From contig NC_068981.1 of the NCBI RefSeq assembly GCF_001194135.2, forward strand, positions 142,570,332-142,634,274: 63,943 bases of DNA. Direction: 5' to 3'. Below are positions 27,247 through 41,220 of the stretch, in pieces. The notes below the pieces were generated by a model, which was not told the DNA's origin, did no database searches, and worked only from the letters and a program-made list of their open reading frames with translations. This DNA is from Octopus bimaculoides. Its lineage: Eukaryota. The first letter of the stretch is position 1. Each line of letters begins with the position of its first letter. The position numbers and the translations under genes were made by a program.

Positions 27247-30200
27247 TACTAGTCTTTAGTAATATAGTGGCATATAATATTTCGTATCTCTTTACCACGG
27301 ATTTTATCTCAATGAAATCTAAGACCATGAAATCTCCATTAAAATATTAAACACAAAACAGAAATACCGTCCGTTGGCAGAAAATGTATGTATGCAAAAC
27401 TAAATGAAGGGATATGAGCCACATTGAATATGAAGAAATGAAGAAGAATAATAAGTGAAATACACATATGGAAACTGAGGAGTGAAGAAAGAGTAAAGGA
27501 AGCCTCTGCTTGAAAAAATCAGCACGTAATTGATCTTAGCTTCCAACGGTTACTTTTGAGAATGCATTTGAAGGTGTTTACGTAAGTCTGGAAAAAACAT
27601 TTGAGAAAGATTGATCATTGTCCAAGTGTTCAAATTTCCTATGTCCATACCACTGGGCTTCTTTTTTTTTTCAGGTAAAGAACGATTACGTAGACCTGTA
27701 CAAAGTGGTTACTGTGAGAACGGGAAAACGCGAATTAAATATCAGCAAGCACCGCACTAGACGCTCCTCCGTCCAGTGAATTCGCCACTCTTAACAGATA
27801 GCTTTCTTACCGGCTCTGAAAAGTTGCAGGGAAATTTTACTTCGGTGGCATTTTGACACATTGGCGCAGAGAGTTGGAATAATTAGCAAGTAGTGTTGTA
27901 TTCAATAGTCAAATGACTGTGCCGGTATCCTGCTTGTTGGATGGGATTCAAGATATACTTCGTTACATCGTCTCTTCTGGGTCCTAATTTTCCAGAGGAT
28001 ACGAAACTGCAATGGGAAATTCATGAGGTATTAACAAAGAGCTCATGCACACTACACTCTCTACTTTATATTTATCATGCTTGGAATAAGTTGATATGTA
28101 CCATCCTAAGGGGATGAATGTGAAAGTGAACACAGAGTGCCGGAGAAAGCATCCTGCTCCTTAATTCACCCGCTACATATAATCTCGATATATATCAATA
28201 ACTCCTGCAAAGTTCTCGGAAAATTTGAAGAGGGAATGGTAGCACAAAGTAAGTTGAATATATATTTTTTTCTGTAACAATTTTCCCACCTAGCTGGTAG
28301 GAAATAAATTCTATAACTTCAATCAGTAAAAGAAAACATACATATGTATCCGCATTCTTGGAAAAATAAAATACTTTCACTTCTGAGTAACATAATGATG
28401 ATATAATATCGATTATATATACATATATATATATATANNNNNNNNNNNNNNNNNNNNNNNNNNNNNNNNNNNNNNNNNNNNNNNNNNNNNNNNNNNNNNN
28501 NNNNNNNNNNNNNNNNNNNNNNNNNNNNNNNNNNNNNNNNNNNNNNNNNNNNNNNNNNNNNNNNNNNNNNNNNNNNNNNNNNNNNNNNNNNNNNNNNNNN
28601 NNNNNNNNNNNNNNNNNNNNNNNNNNNNNNNNNNNNNNNNNNNNNNNNNNNNNNNNNNNNNNNNNNNNNNNNNNNNNNNNNNNATATATATATATATATA
28701 TACGCAATATTAATACTAAATATATATTTAATAAAAAGCACCTCTCTGAACAACATTTTGAAAAAATCTACGACAATAATAAATATGTACGACTACACAT
28801 TACTATGAACATAAAGACATCTTAATGAATATATTAAAATATAATAAAGCAAATAGAACGCTATCAATTCTACATTAAATGCAATGAAATAATCTACTCA
28901 GGTGATAGTAATCACATTATTATGACAGATAAATCAAATAACCTAACTATCGTGATTCTGCGGAATGAATATGAAAGACTTAAGCAAAAATAGCAATAGA
29001 AATATTAGTTCGGAAAAGATGTATCATAAACTGCAAGAGATACCACTCTATTTTATGTATGAGGTGTTTAGATAATACACATGGTCGATTATTATTTAGT
29101 TATGATTTAACATTTCTATCAATTAGAAAAATGTAATATTAACATCTAAACCCAACCCATAAATATCTGGAGGTCAAATGTCTTATAGAGAATAAGTTAT
29201 ATTTGGACGACCTCACAATCTCTGAGCCGTAAACGAATGACTATAAAACACAGAGAAACAAACACACACATACACACTCAGAAACACACACAAACATACA
29301 CACATTGATATTTACATACACACATATATATAATACATACTAAAATATATTAATAAACTTTGAAGAAGTAAACCACTTATATGAGTAAATAGACAGATAA
29401 TCGTTTTGATGTTAAATGAATGATAGCATGTCAAAATATTATGTACAAAGTTTAAACTACTGATGAGGATTAATTTTTTCAATGTCAGAGTTGAGATTAT
29501 AAAACATCATTATTATGTTTTGGGTGAGTGCGTGAAGGTGTGTTTTGAAGCTACATTAATAAACGGAATTTTCTTCTGTAAACACTGAATCTTGTACAAA
29601 AGCGCAATACAAATACAAATATATTAGATAAAGGGAATGAAATTTAATCTTTCGTACACTTCAGTGGATGTACGTTTCTCTTTCAACTATAAGAAACCTT
29701 TCCTTAAAGATAATGAAACTGTGATCATACTCTGAGCAACCATGATTCTGACAAGTGGAGATCATAAAGCATTTTTATAATCATGTAAACGTAAAATCAA
29801 TTTTACGTTTCTAAAACGAATTTATATAATCACATAAAACGTAAAATCAATTTCATTGAACGTAAAATCTGTTTACGTTCAAAGAAATTCAAAGGATATT
29901 AGAGATTGTGCTGACATGAAACTTACGCAATCAGGAAAGCTAATAATTTATCAGATTAGTAGCAAACAGTGTAGAGGGGGATATATAAGATTCACACAAG
30001 CAGAGATCTCAATATGTTTTCAATCCTCGGTTGCAACTAATTCCCATAATTTACACCGGTATTGACCTTGTGAATGTCATGAAAACCATAAATTTTATTT
30101 CGCTTGATATACAACAACATATAGATTGTTTGTACTTGAGGAAAATTAGTTCCGGCATGGAGGTAAGAGAAAATGAGTTCGTAAGTAGATTCGGTTCTCA

Positions 30201-31329
30201 GTTAAACCCACCTTTTTTTTGCTCTGCATCAATAATATTAATGAAAAGGCCATGAACACCACTTAATCTCTATTTTTTAATATAATTATGAGTTCACTTC
30301 TGTGATTTCATCTTCATATATACTAAAACGAGGTAAACTAATATAAGTAGAGAAAAATAACATAATTACGCAATTTCAAATGAAATGAAAAGACAAATTT
30401 AATTAAATCGAAACTAAACAAATGGTCTTAACTAATTAATTCTTGGAATCCAAATTAAAACACCCGAAAACTGCAACACAGTAATAAAAGATTCTTTATC
30501 ATGGCTTTTTTTTTAAATGTGAACACTTACAAGTGCCATGATATGAATTACAAAACGGCGTGCAGTTTATCGTATAATACACAATGGTAAACTGTGTTAG
30601 AGTAAAAGACAATGGTTTGCAAACGATTTAATAGTGTCATGTCAAACATTTTGCATTTCTTTTGTTTAAGTCAGTTACGTAAACAGTTCACATCGACCTG
30701 GAGTTAAATTTAACCTGAATCTCTGCAAGTTACGATAACGTCGAAACAATGATTCCAAGTATTCATAGAAGATTTTAAAAAGATTGAACTTAAAACAAAT
30801 ACTTTTAACACGGTGACAACAGTAAAACTAATAGTAAAAGAAAAAAAAGAAAAAAGAAAGCCACAATGGTACGAAATTTGTGATAGATAACAATTTATTA
30901 ATTGGTTTATCGGTTACGATGTACAGCTTCAAGTATAATTTATACGAGTTTCGAAATTAGCACCAGTAATTGCGGATGTCTTGCAAAGATCGAGAAAAAA
31001 ATGAAGACATATTAAAGTATGGTAAATTGACCCACGATGAATATGATGATGTTAATTAAATCTAACAGACAAAATTATGTCTCCCACACCAGATTATTTT
31101 GATTATCCAAGAATAAATCTAAATCCACCAAATTTTATTTGGCTTGAAATACCAGAGGTTCATTTCAAGTCTTGATTTCTATGTCCTTGCTGAGCGATTT
31201 AATTATGGGAGAGACACTATTAAGATTTGAGTAATGTATGCCTAACATATGAGTCTTGAGACATTTTTCCAGATATCAAGAATGTGATGAACAAATGTGA
31301 TTTTTATGAATTTATATTTTCGCATTTAG

Positions 31330-31439
31330 AGTTACGTTCTCGGACATATTATCTCTACCAAGGGGTAGGAACTGTGGTGCAATTGTTTACCTCAACACCA
31401 CACATCAATTACTCGACATAACGCATCAATTTCGCAAAC
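31330..31439 (+). CDS. Candidate internal exon (110 bp, phase 2 to 1), product unknown
   Basis: Acceptor ATTTTCGCATTTAG, donor GTAAGT; one open frame VTFSDILSLPRGRNCGAIVYLNTTHQLLDITHQFRK. Confidence 0.4.
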
Positions 31440-31639
31440 GTAAGTTCAGTCATAACAGCAAAATATATAGAAATTTCAATAGCAACTGTATTGCAAGGAT
31501 ATTAACATGCATGCACATATACATACACACATACGCGCATGCGTGCCCATGTAAATATACACACACACAAGCACACACAGGCATACATACATACATACAT
31601 ACATACATACATACATACATGAAACTACAATATGGCAGA

Positions 31640-31980
31640 AGCCATAGCCACTCATAATAAAGAGGAATACTGGTGGAATGTCCCAGTGGAGACTTCGATA
31701 TAATGACCTAATATAATGGTTTGGTATAAAGAAGAGAAACTGTGTACAGTTGTGGAAATTAGCTGAACAGCAGAGGTTAACATAAAGCTGAATATCAGTG
31801 AAAAAGAGAACAGCTATGCTGAACTACTGAGATATCTACAGGTACTCTATCCAGATTACAAATTTAGGTTTCTACCTGTAATTATTGGAGCCCTGGGATA
31901 TATAACACACTACCTAAATACCAACCTTGAGAAATTAGGCTTCTCAATACCAGAAAGGAGAAAGCTAATTCGAAGACATA
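31640..31980 (+). mobile_element. R4/Dong-like non-LTR retrotransposon, restriction-like endonuclease domain remnant
   Basis: EYWWNVPV..PNIMVWYKEEKLCTVVEIS*..NISEKENSYAELL..FLPVIIGALGY matches the PD-(D/E)xK REL domain pattern; a second diverged fragment (DYWWNI..VKCKHN) lies at ~32215-32280. Confidence 0.8.
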
Positions 31981-32409
31981 CTGATCTAATCCATCACATC
32001 CAAGAAAAGCAGATTGCTACGTAATAGCTAATAAGCAACAGACACAGTGATGCCCTTGAAGCCCCAAGGTGGAATCAAAAGTAAATATTATGTAATATTT
32101 CTGCACATTTGAAAAGGAAGTATCTAAAAATTTGAAAAAGGAAACAATGCTGGAACATAGAGAATCCTCAGATTGTTGCATTCACAAGCATTAACACAAG
32201 GACTACTGGTGGAACATTCTTATCATAATATCGGTCAAGTGTAAGCATAACGCGTCGGATACTGTTGCTTAAGAAAAGGTATGTACCGTCAAAGCGACCA
32301 CCTGTCCAGCTGACAGATGTATAAAAACGTAAAATATTGATAAAACTTAGATATGTTTCGACCAAAGATTGGTCCAGGCAATGTCTAACAAATAGCAGCA
32401 CCTGAAAGT

Positions 32410-33470
32410 ATTATCTAAATCCTTTTTAAGTCAAGTTTTGTTTATAGTCCATTGAAGTAGTGAGTTCTTGTTGAGTGAGTTGTATCCAGGTATGGGTGGC
32501 TTATCTGGTATTGCTTGCAGTAATCTGTCCAGTCTCTGTTTAAAGGTGATGGAATCCTTTTCCTCTTTAATCAGTTTTTGGACAAGGTTAAACAGGGCAG
32601 GGCCTGTTGATGAAATGAAATAATGTCACAGTGTGCCTATATATTGTGATCTTGAATTGAGCAGGGGAAGTATGGCCCGTTGTCCGAGCCTTAGATGAAC
32701 CTTGAAACTAATGTTCAGGTCGTTTGGGAAATGCTGGTGGTATATCGTCCACATCGTACAAATGACGTACCGCTCGCAGCGGCGCTGGAGAGAGTAGAAT
32801 TTCAAGTATTCTTACTGGCGGTCCCAGAAATCGAGATCAGTCATGCTTCCAATTCGTTTAGTGAATGCCCTCTGAGGGGCAGCAGGATTCGAGGTGTGGC
32901 CGTAGAAAGGAGGAGAAAAGTAGAATGATGACACCTTGTTCTCTGGACCAGAAGGTTCTTAATATCCAGGAGCTGATCCTACGAGCTATATCGACCTTAT
33001 TGTTGATGTGAGCACTCCAACTGAGATTGTTATCAACAGTTACACTCAAGTCTCTGATATTATTAGATGCCGTGAGCGGTTCCTCTGAAGGAAGAGAGTA
33101 CAGCTGTTTTAATATAGACTTTCTTCTAAAATTCATTAGCTCAAATTTTCCCTCGTTCTTTTACGTTTTGTTTTTGTCTGTCCATTGACTTATCAGACTG
33201 GAGTTTATCTCGGCCTTCTTCTTCATTGATGATTTGCTGGAGCTTAGTGTCATCAACAAATATTTTCACGTTACAGTGATTTACGTCGCTGGAAAGGTCA
33301 TTTATGTAAATTATAAAGAGAAGCAGGCACAAGACAGACCCCTGAGGGACACCATTAGTGACTTTTGCTGGGCTTGAGTGGACTCCATCGACCACGACTT
33401 CTTGTGTTCTATTCACCAGAAAATACTTAATTCAGTGTTGACGTTTTCCACGGATTCCAACTCTTGCCAG
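32410..33470 (-). mobile_element. 5'-truncated CR1/L2-group LINE (RT plus C-terminus)
   Basis: VTNGVPQGSVLCLLLFIIYINDL..KIFVDDTKL; RDLSVTVDNNLSWSAHI..ILRTF..RPHLE; LKFYSLQRRCERY; GPALFNL..FKQRLD..IPDKP. Confidence 0.93.
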
Positions 33471-34433
33471 TTTTGGACATCTGCTTCGAAACCTCCAGAT
33501 TCGATATCCAGATTATAAATTCTCATTTATACCAAAAAGAATTGATTCACTTGGTTTCGTGAGTACATGATTAAGTAGGAAACTTTATAATCAAGAGTTT
33601 TCAGAAAAAAGAAGTCAACCACCTAACTCGCACATTCCAAATACAAACTAAGTGAAACCATAAAATTTGTGCAAGGCTTTTCTCACTATCTATATTTCAA
33701 CAATGGAGCTTTGTGTCGTTGTTAAACACCAGCTCCTTCCTCAGATGAAAAACTTTAATAACTAAAAATACAGGGGTGCTTACAAATGTAGTGCTAAAGT
33801 TCGGTTTACGTTTAAATTGATGACATTGCAAATGACCAATAGAATTTTCGACATAAAATTTCACATTGCTTCAATATTAAATATGTTATAGGACTGTTAT
33901 AGTAATTATAAAGGATTGCTATGAGTTTGTTAAGCATCACAACCATATTAAGTTGAAAAAGATGATAGTCAGTTTCGAAATAGAAGAGAAAATTTGAACA
34001 TTTAACAACAAAGTCTCTTGTAAATCATTAAGTTGAAGGAATGAGGATACTAGAGTAGTTTTCCATTCCATATTACTGTATTTTGACAGTTTTCATATCT
34101 CATACCCTTACAACGAAATTTTCGATAATTGATTTATGAGCCCAGCGCAACGGCATCACATTTTAAATGAAACAAAGATGCATATTACATTCAGCGCACA
34201 GGGTATGGAAACAGAAAGAAATACATCATTGCAAGACCTTGAAGCAAATTGATAATGCATAGCTTGAAGATTTTAGTAGTGGAAACGAAGAACTAACTAT
34301 CCGTCAGCAAAATGAAGTTGACAAACGTGATGAAGTTGGAGGATGAATCAGGAGAATGTATTTCAGCTAGTCAGAAGCAATTCGGTGTACTATAATTCCG
34401 GCATATTATCAACGAAGATTTCGCTTTTCACAG

Positions 34434-35430
34434 AGACTTCTTTCATTATTAAACGAGGAGGACGTGAGATAACATGAAAGCAGCGTAAGTATTTTAAATT
34501 CAGTATATTAGATCTATTGTAAAGTACTTATTTGCAAGAAACATGCTTATGAGGTAAGCAATTAATTTCTGGAGCGAATAACCATGTCATATGTTGTAAT
34601 ATATGCAAATATATATGTGCGTGTGTGTGTCCGTGTGTATAAATATATTTGTACACCACTTTCTATGTATGCCTGTGGGTGTGCGTATGTAAGTATACAT
34701 ACATACACACATATTTGTCCCCAGCGAAAATCCCCAGCGAAAAATCAACATGGAATATGAATATGCATGTACAGACAAGTATGTTTTTGCGTGTGTTTGT
34801 GCGGATACGTGCGTGTGTGTTTGTTGGAAAACAATTCTCCGAGAACGATGAATCGGTTCAGGTATCATTTGAAATACCTGTTCTTGGATGCTCAACCTGT
34901 AACTGGCTCAACTTTCTAGAGTCAAGTCTACTGTTCCGGCAGATTCCGCAAGAGAGAGTCTGTGGCAAAATTATAATTTTAGCATTACAAGTGCCATCTA
35001 TTCGCGGCTATATAAAACCACATTTTCAGAAGGAGCCACTCTCATTTCGTTCTTTCCGGGACTTCTTTGAAAAGAAGTATGTAGTTATACGGCTCTCCTT
35101 CGTCTACACACACAAATACATACAAAAACTCAAATGCTCAAACACGCTTACACAAAAACCAAACAGTCATGTTAATGCTTGTGCCTGTCTGTATCTGAGC
35201 TTTTGTGTGTCGGCCTGTGTGTATGCGTGTGTGCATATGTTTGTGCTTCCCTGTCTGCGTTCGGTGTAATAATTACTTGTCACGGTCGACCAGAAGCAAA
35301 ACAGTAGTGAAGTACACATTTTTCATCTCTTATATATTAGGCCACAGACCTCTGAGTACCATGTAACAAAATTAGAACATGCAGGAATAGGAGGCGGATC
35401 GAAAAAGAACATAAAGGCACTCACACACAC

Positions 35431-35495
<65 letters not shown>

Positions 35496-35833
35496 NNNNN
35501 NNNNNNNNNNNNNNNNNNNNNNNNNNNNNNNNNNNNNNNNNNNNNNNNNNNNNNNNNNNNNNNNNNNNNNNNNNNNNNNNNNNNNNNNNNNNNNNNNNNN
35601 NNNNNNNNNNNNNNNNNNNNNNNNNNNNNNNNNNNNNNNNNNNNNNNNNNNNNNNNNNNNNNNNNNNNNNNNNNNNNNNNNNNNNNNNNNNNNNNNNNNN
35701 NNNNNNNNNNNNNNNNNNNNNNNNNNNNNNNNNNNNNNNNNNNNNNNNNNNNNNNNNNNNNNNNNNNNNNNNNNNNNNNNNNNNNNNNNNNNNNNNNNNN
35801 NNNNNNNNNNNNNNNNNNNNNNNNNNNNNNNNN

Positions 35834-35869
<36 letters not shown>

Positions 35870-35928
35870 CAGAAACACACATACATGCATATATGCATAT
35901 ATATGTATAGAGAGATTGTGTGTGTGCG

Positions 35929-35979
<51 letters not shown>

Positions 35980-37602
35980 GAGAGATTAATAAACTGAAAC
36001 AAGGCAAGAAGCTTGAGCTAGAGAAGGAAGGATAATGAAAAGGAGGAAGCAGTACAAAAGGAGCTGAAACGAAGGAGGAGGGGGAGCATGATTTGGTAAA
36101 TACTTTGTATTTATTCTAGCAATATGATACTACTTCGTTTCCAAGCAGGTAGTTTTGCTATATCTAACGCGAACATTGTTTTGCACGTCCAATATAGAAA
36201 CATCTGTTGACAAACAAATCTTCCCCCAACTTCCCAAATTCTAAAACATTCCAGTATTATTGACTTAGTTATCATGCGCCATTCTCAAGGATTCCCTGTT
36301 ATCACAAGCAATTGTTGTGCGAGTGAGCGAACGAGCGAGCGAGCGCGCACGTCTCTGCAGTTGCCTGTCAGTGTGTGTGAAAGCATATGACTGTTTGTGA
36401 GAGCATGTACGTTTGTTTTTGAGGGGTTTTGTCTCATTATCTCTTTTAGCAGATTTGTTGGTTTATATGTGATATACGGTTTGTACATACACCCATACAC
36501 ACACACATACATACATTTGAATGTATATGTATACGCATGTATGTATGTATTATGTATGTGTGCATACAGAGATACATAGATAGACAAATACATACGTGTG
36601 TGTATGTGTGTGTGAGAGAGAGTGTGTGTGTGTGTACAGGATAAGAAACAAAAATTCATAGAAAGGGGAGACATGTGTAAGAAGGGCATAAAATATACCT
36701 GCATACGCACCTAAGCTGTGCAGTTTTAGTTCTTCGCCGCTATCTATTGAACAGGTGAGCGTGCACGACGACTTACCAAGTATCATGTGCTATGAATGTA
36801 TGCCTATCGCACTCAAACGAAGGTGGCAGGAGGGTTTCAAACATATCGTATAAAAATATGTATGACACTACGTATTGCATCTGAGTACATATAAATTCTG
36901 CAGTCTATATTGACCTCACATTCATCTCATGAGCCACCGTTGAACCCAAGACATTTTTTCAGTTGGTGCTGACGTAAAGAGCTTGTATTATATAAGTATA
37001 CAAACAACGACTACAGTAACAAACTGATTGCTCTGTATCACAGAGAAAAATTCTTTGAAATTCTAATATATGCCAATCTCAAATTCGTTTACATATATAT
37101 TCATATGTGTGTGTGTGAGTGTGAGTGCGTGTGTGCGTGTAATCGATAAATGGATGAACTAATAATGAAATTGTTTTCTAAAGAGATACACATGTCCTAG
37201 CATCTATATTCCAGCAATCTCTTACTTTCTCAATATTCATAGACCGTGGCGCATAAGCAGCGAGGTAAAAATGTGATGTAGGTAACTTGCTTCTCAATTT
37301 GGAGTGTAGAGATACAAGACGTACACCGATACTAAAACGAAGAGGTCAGTAACCGAAGTTTGCTTTAAAATACGCTTGAAGTCAAACTTTAAGTGACTGT
37401 TTTTATATTAGTATGAATGAAAGTAAATTGCATTCATTCAAAGCAATTGTATCCATATCAAGTAACTTATTTGACTCCATCTCACATTTTTTCTTCACTA
37501 TTCGTCCTCTAGTCCACCTGATAATTACAGATATCTTGCAAAAAATATCCCATTTTATTTTTCTAATTTGCAGAATTCTTACAAAAAGTTTCTAGAACTA
37601 AG
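34434..37602 (+). CDS. Candidate short exons 34434-34463 (30 bp), 36730-36754 (25 bp), 37513-37602 (90 bp)
   Basis: AG/GT bounded (donors GTGAGA, GTGAGC, GTAATT); phases 1-1, 1-2, 2-2 chain in frame from the 31330 exon: QTSFIIKRGG-LLRRYLLN-SPPDNYRYLAKNIPFYFSNLQNSYKKFLEL. Confidence 0.3.
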
Positions 37603-38404
37603 GTAATTTACATTGAAGTTGTTAAGCAGTTATGCGCTGCAGCGAGTAGATGAATAGGACGTGATGTAGAAAGTTGGATTGTGAGGAGAATGATATAGTT
37701 ATGATTTGCCTACGGACAATAGAGGAGTAGGTATGGAAAGACGGAATGACAGGGAGAATGTGTATTAGGGAAATGTTATGTGTGGAGTTTCTTTAAGGAA
37801 TGTTACTATAGGCTTCGATTGTGATTTCAGTTATTGGTTTCAGTAAATGATCTCGAGGAATCTACTTTTAAATTTGATTTCTGAATATATTGTCAGTAAA
37901 TGCATAATGAATAAATATGAGAGAAATATTACTCAAATTACTATACAAGAACGTTCTTAAATTCATAATTATTAAACAATTAAACGAAGAAATTAATTAA
38001 GACGGCATAAAATATATCTGGGAAAATAATTGTAATCATAATTTTAGATTTTAAAATATGGTTTAATGTTGATGGAATACTGTATGAAATACAAGGGATG
38101 TTAAATTTGCTCATGAATAAATAAGAATATCCAAGAATAATGCAATGTTAATACAGAAGAATATTTCTCTGTCCACGATATTTAAATGCATGAATATTCT
38201 TAAGTTAATACGGGGAACATATTTCTAAAGCATCTACGGCTACGATGAACTACACCACCAATGATAATTGTTATTTCCACTAAAGGCGCAGGCTTTCGTG
38301 GGTTTTTTTTTAACTTGAAGAGTATAATAGGCAGAATTTGAAATGTGAAAGTGCAGTCAGATGAAATGCCACTAAACATTTTGTTCGGTGTTCTTGCAGT
38401 TCGG

Positions 38405-38432
38405 CCGACTAACTACATTACTACTGCTGCTG

Positions 38433-38509
<77 letters not shown>

Positions 38510-38583
38510 GTTGCTGCTGCCACTACTACTTATAATAATAATAATAATAATAATAAAAATAATAATAATAATAAAAATAATAA

Positions 38584-38650
<67 letters not shown>

Positions 38651-38690
38651 TATTATTATTATTATTATTATAACAATAATAATGATAACA
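38405..38690. repeat. (ACT)n/(GCT)n then (AAT)n then (ATT)n compound microsatellite
   Basis: Directly visible; explains the poly-T/N/L/I ORFs. Confidence 0.95.
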
Positions 38691-38827
38691 GAATAAATGC
38701 AGGAAGGGGACTGATATGTGTGGAAAACTGCGTGCATATCGAACTCGAGAGTTTAATGTGATACCTAGCCCAAAGTAAAGAAACCGTGCCAGTGAGAGTT
38801 AGGAACGATGGAATATTGAGAGCAGAG

Positions 38828-41220
38828 AAATTTTTTGCATTAAAATATATTATTTTTTGTTATTAATTTCACATGAACATATTCATTGTGGTTGCGTAAA
38901 ACATTTCTTAATGAAAATTACAATTGTGTTGACGGGAAAACAATGATTACTATAATCATGTATTTACTTTAAAAAATCACAGCCTACACAATCACCAAAT
39001 TTATGTTAAGTTCATATATTTTACTACACACAAAACCACCTCGAGACAATGGAACAGTGGACAGTAGGCCCCATGATCTTTTATACGTATGGCACAAAAG
39101 ATCGTACGGTAGCTGACCTGGAGACACTGCCACCAACATACACGGTCTCCATAGCCAATGGAAACCATTCGGATCAGCACTGGGAGGAGCACGGATATTA
39201 CAACGATGCTCTAGTAAAACATAACAGGACTGTTACAACTCAATGACTAAAATTCAATCCCGGAAATTTGTAACACATCAATAGATGCCATGAGTTCCTA
39301 GACATGCAATTGTATTATAATAAGCGCTTCTTATATCTTCATTCCCACTCATTTTTTCTACTCCTTTTCTTCACCTCTTTGGCGTTTTTTTTAAATTTTA
39401 AAATAAATTTCATACTAGGTAACTCCTACCTGCTAATTACCCACTAATTCTATTAAATGTTTATGCATTTGCATCAAAAGCAAAACAAAAGTTATGTCAC
39501 TAGTGTTTATCATTTATTCATTGCGGAAAGAAGACGTTAAAATTCCTGTCGTAATTGTGGTCACTGATGTTAAATCAGTAATTTTACAGGTTATACCACA
39601 ACATATTTAATAGCAAATCCAAATTTACATGTTTTGATTAGAAAAATCAATATTTTTACATTTTTAATTAATATTTTTTTTTCTTATTCTCATGCGATGA
39701 AGTCTTTGTCGATTTCAGATTATCCAAGATGGCTGAAGCCATGGGATTTGGATAAGAATTTTCTCTTGATCTCCTCACATCAAGTAACGACGCAAAATTT
39801 GACACTAAAACATTTGTATTTCGATTTTTCACTGCAGAGTGTAGGGGCCTTATATTATTTAGTGTCTGCTAAACATTGTATAAAAACGAAAGAGAAATAT
39901 TTTTTGTTATTTCATATCAGTAACTTCACCACGAAAAATCTAGTCACGACATTAAAATTTAAATAAGTCCACCTAACATGAAAAATTGGTCAAACACTAT
40001 TCCAAACTTTCAGAAAATATTGTAATTTTGCAGTTCCAGCTACTCGTAATCTGATAAAGATTGGAATTCATTAAGGCTTCCATCATATACATCCGCACGC
40101 GAATCAGAATAATTTGCACTTAACCTGATGCAATATTCAGAAAACAATCATTTCCTATTTGGTTTGTTAGTGTTTTTGACGAACAAAAATAAAAGATACT
40201 AATTGACATTAAGAACCTTCTATCTGAAACCATTTCTAATTATTTGCCCCAAAGTCTAATGCGTAATTTTTCCCATTAGCTTTTCTTAGTTTATAAATTA
40301 TACCTTGTTGTCACGCAATGATACTGGAGCGGGTGCATGTCTTGGGAAGCTGGGATAGGAGAAAAGTTTGATAGCCAAAATATAAAATAACGAATTGCCA
40401 TGTTTTAATTTTCTTTGTTAACATTTTTTTTTCAAATTAAGATGTGATGAATTTGAGTCATAATTCTTCCAGAGTTGGTAACGTAAAGACCAGCTACATT
40501 AGTGTAGCTTTTAAACACACAGATTCTTCGCTCTGTTAAATTAAATAGGGCAATATCTACAGAGTTGAGATGTGGTAAATTTAATAGTGTGTAGTAGAAA
40601 ATGCTAGTTGAGTATTAATATGGACCGATTGACAATACAATACTATGCATATTTAAGTCATTTTTAGTACTTACACAGTATTAGAAATGAATTAATATGA
40701 ATAGAGACTATTGAAACATAACTCCCATTTTAATCATCGAGAATTGAATTCCGAGAGTTTATTGAACGTATTCTAAATTCGCCATCGGAACTAAGATCAT
40801 GTATACAGTGGCCAAAATTCGAACTTGAAACATCTGTACTCAGCAACGTTTTAGCAGTTGTATATGATGCATGGCTAATGATTGCATCGAGCCCTGCGGT
40901 ATATATTTATTAACATCATGCCACGACATACATAAAACACAATTGACCCTCTAGATAATGGCGCCTGCTGCCCACTGTTCCAATGTCTTGAGGTGGTCTT
41001 GTTTGTACTAAAATATATGAAATTAACATAAATTTGGTGATTGTGATTTAAGTGAGTTTTAGTGGGGTTTTTTTTTAAGGTAAATACATGATTATAGTAA
41101 TCATTGTTTTCCCGTCAACACAATTGTAACTTTCATTAAGAAATTTCTGTACGCAACCACAATAAATATGTTCCTGTGGAATTAATAACAAAAAATAATT
41201 TATTTTAATGCACAATTTTT
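38828..41220. repeat. ~250-bp inverted repeat pair (38828-39078, 40962-41220), probably DNA-transposon derived
   Basis: Long shared blocks, e.g. TTACAATTGTGTTGACGGGAAAACAATGATTACTATAATCATGTATTTAC and its reverse complement; no clear TSD. Confidence 0.85.

Noticed and set aside
34649-35269. 206-aa ORF
   Set aside because: Composition follows TG-rich low-complexity DNA; no domain or clear splice context.
39001-39246. ORFs on both strands; the minus one contains a K+-channel-like SIGYGD
   Set aside because: No pore-helix aromatics or flanking TM helix; part of the region lies in the 250-bp inverted repeat; several frames are open here, consistent with chance in a GC-richer patch.
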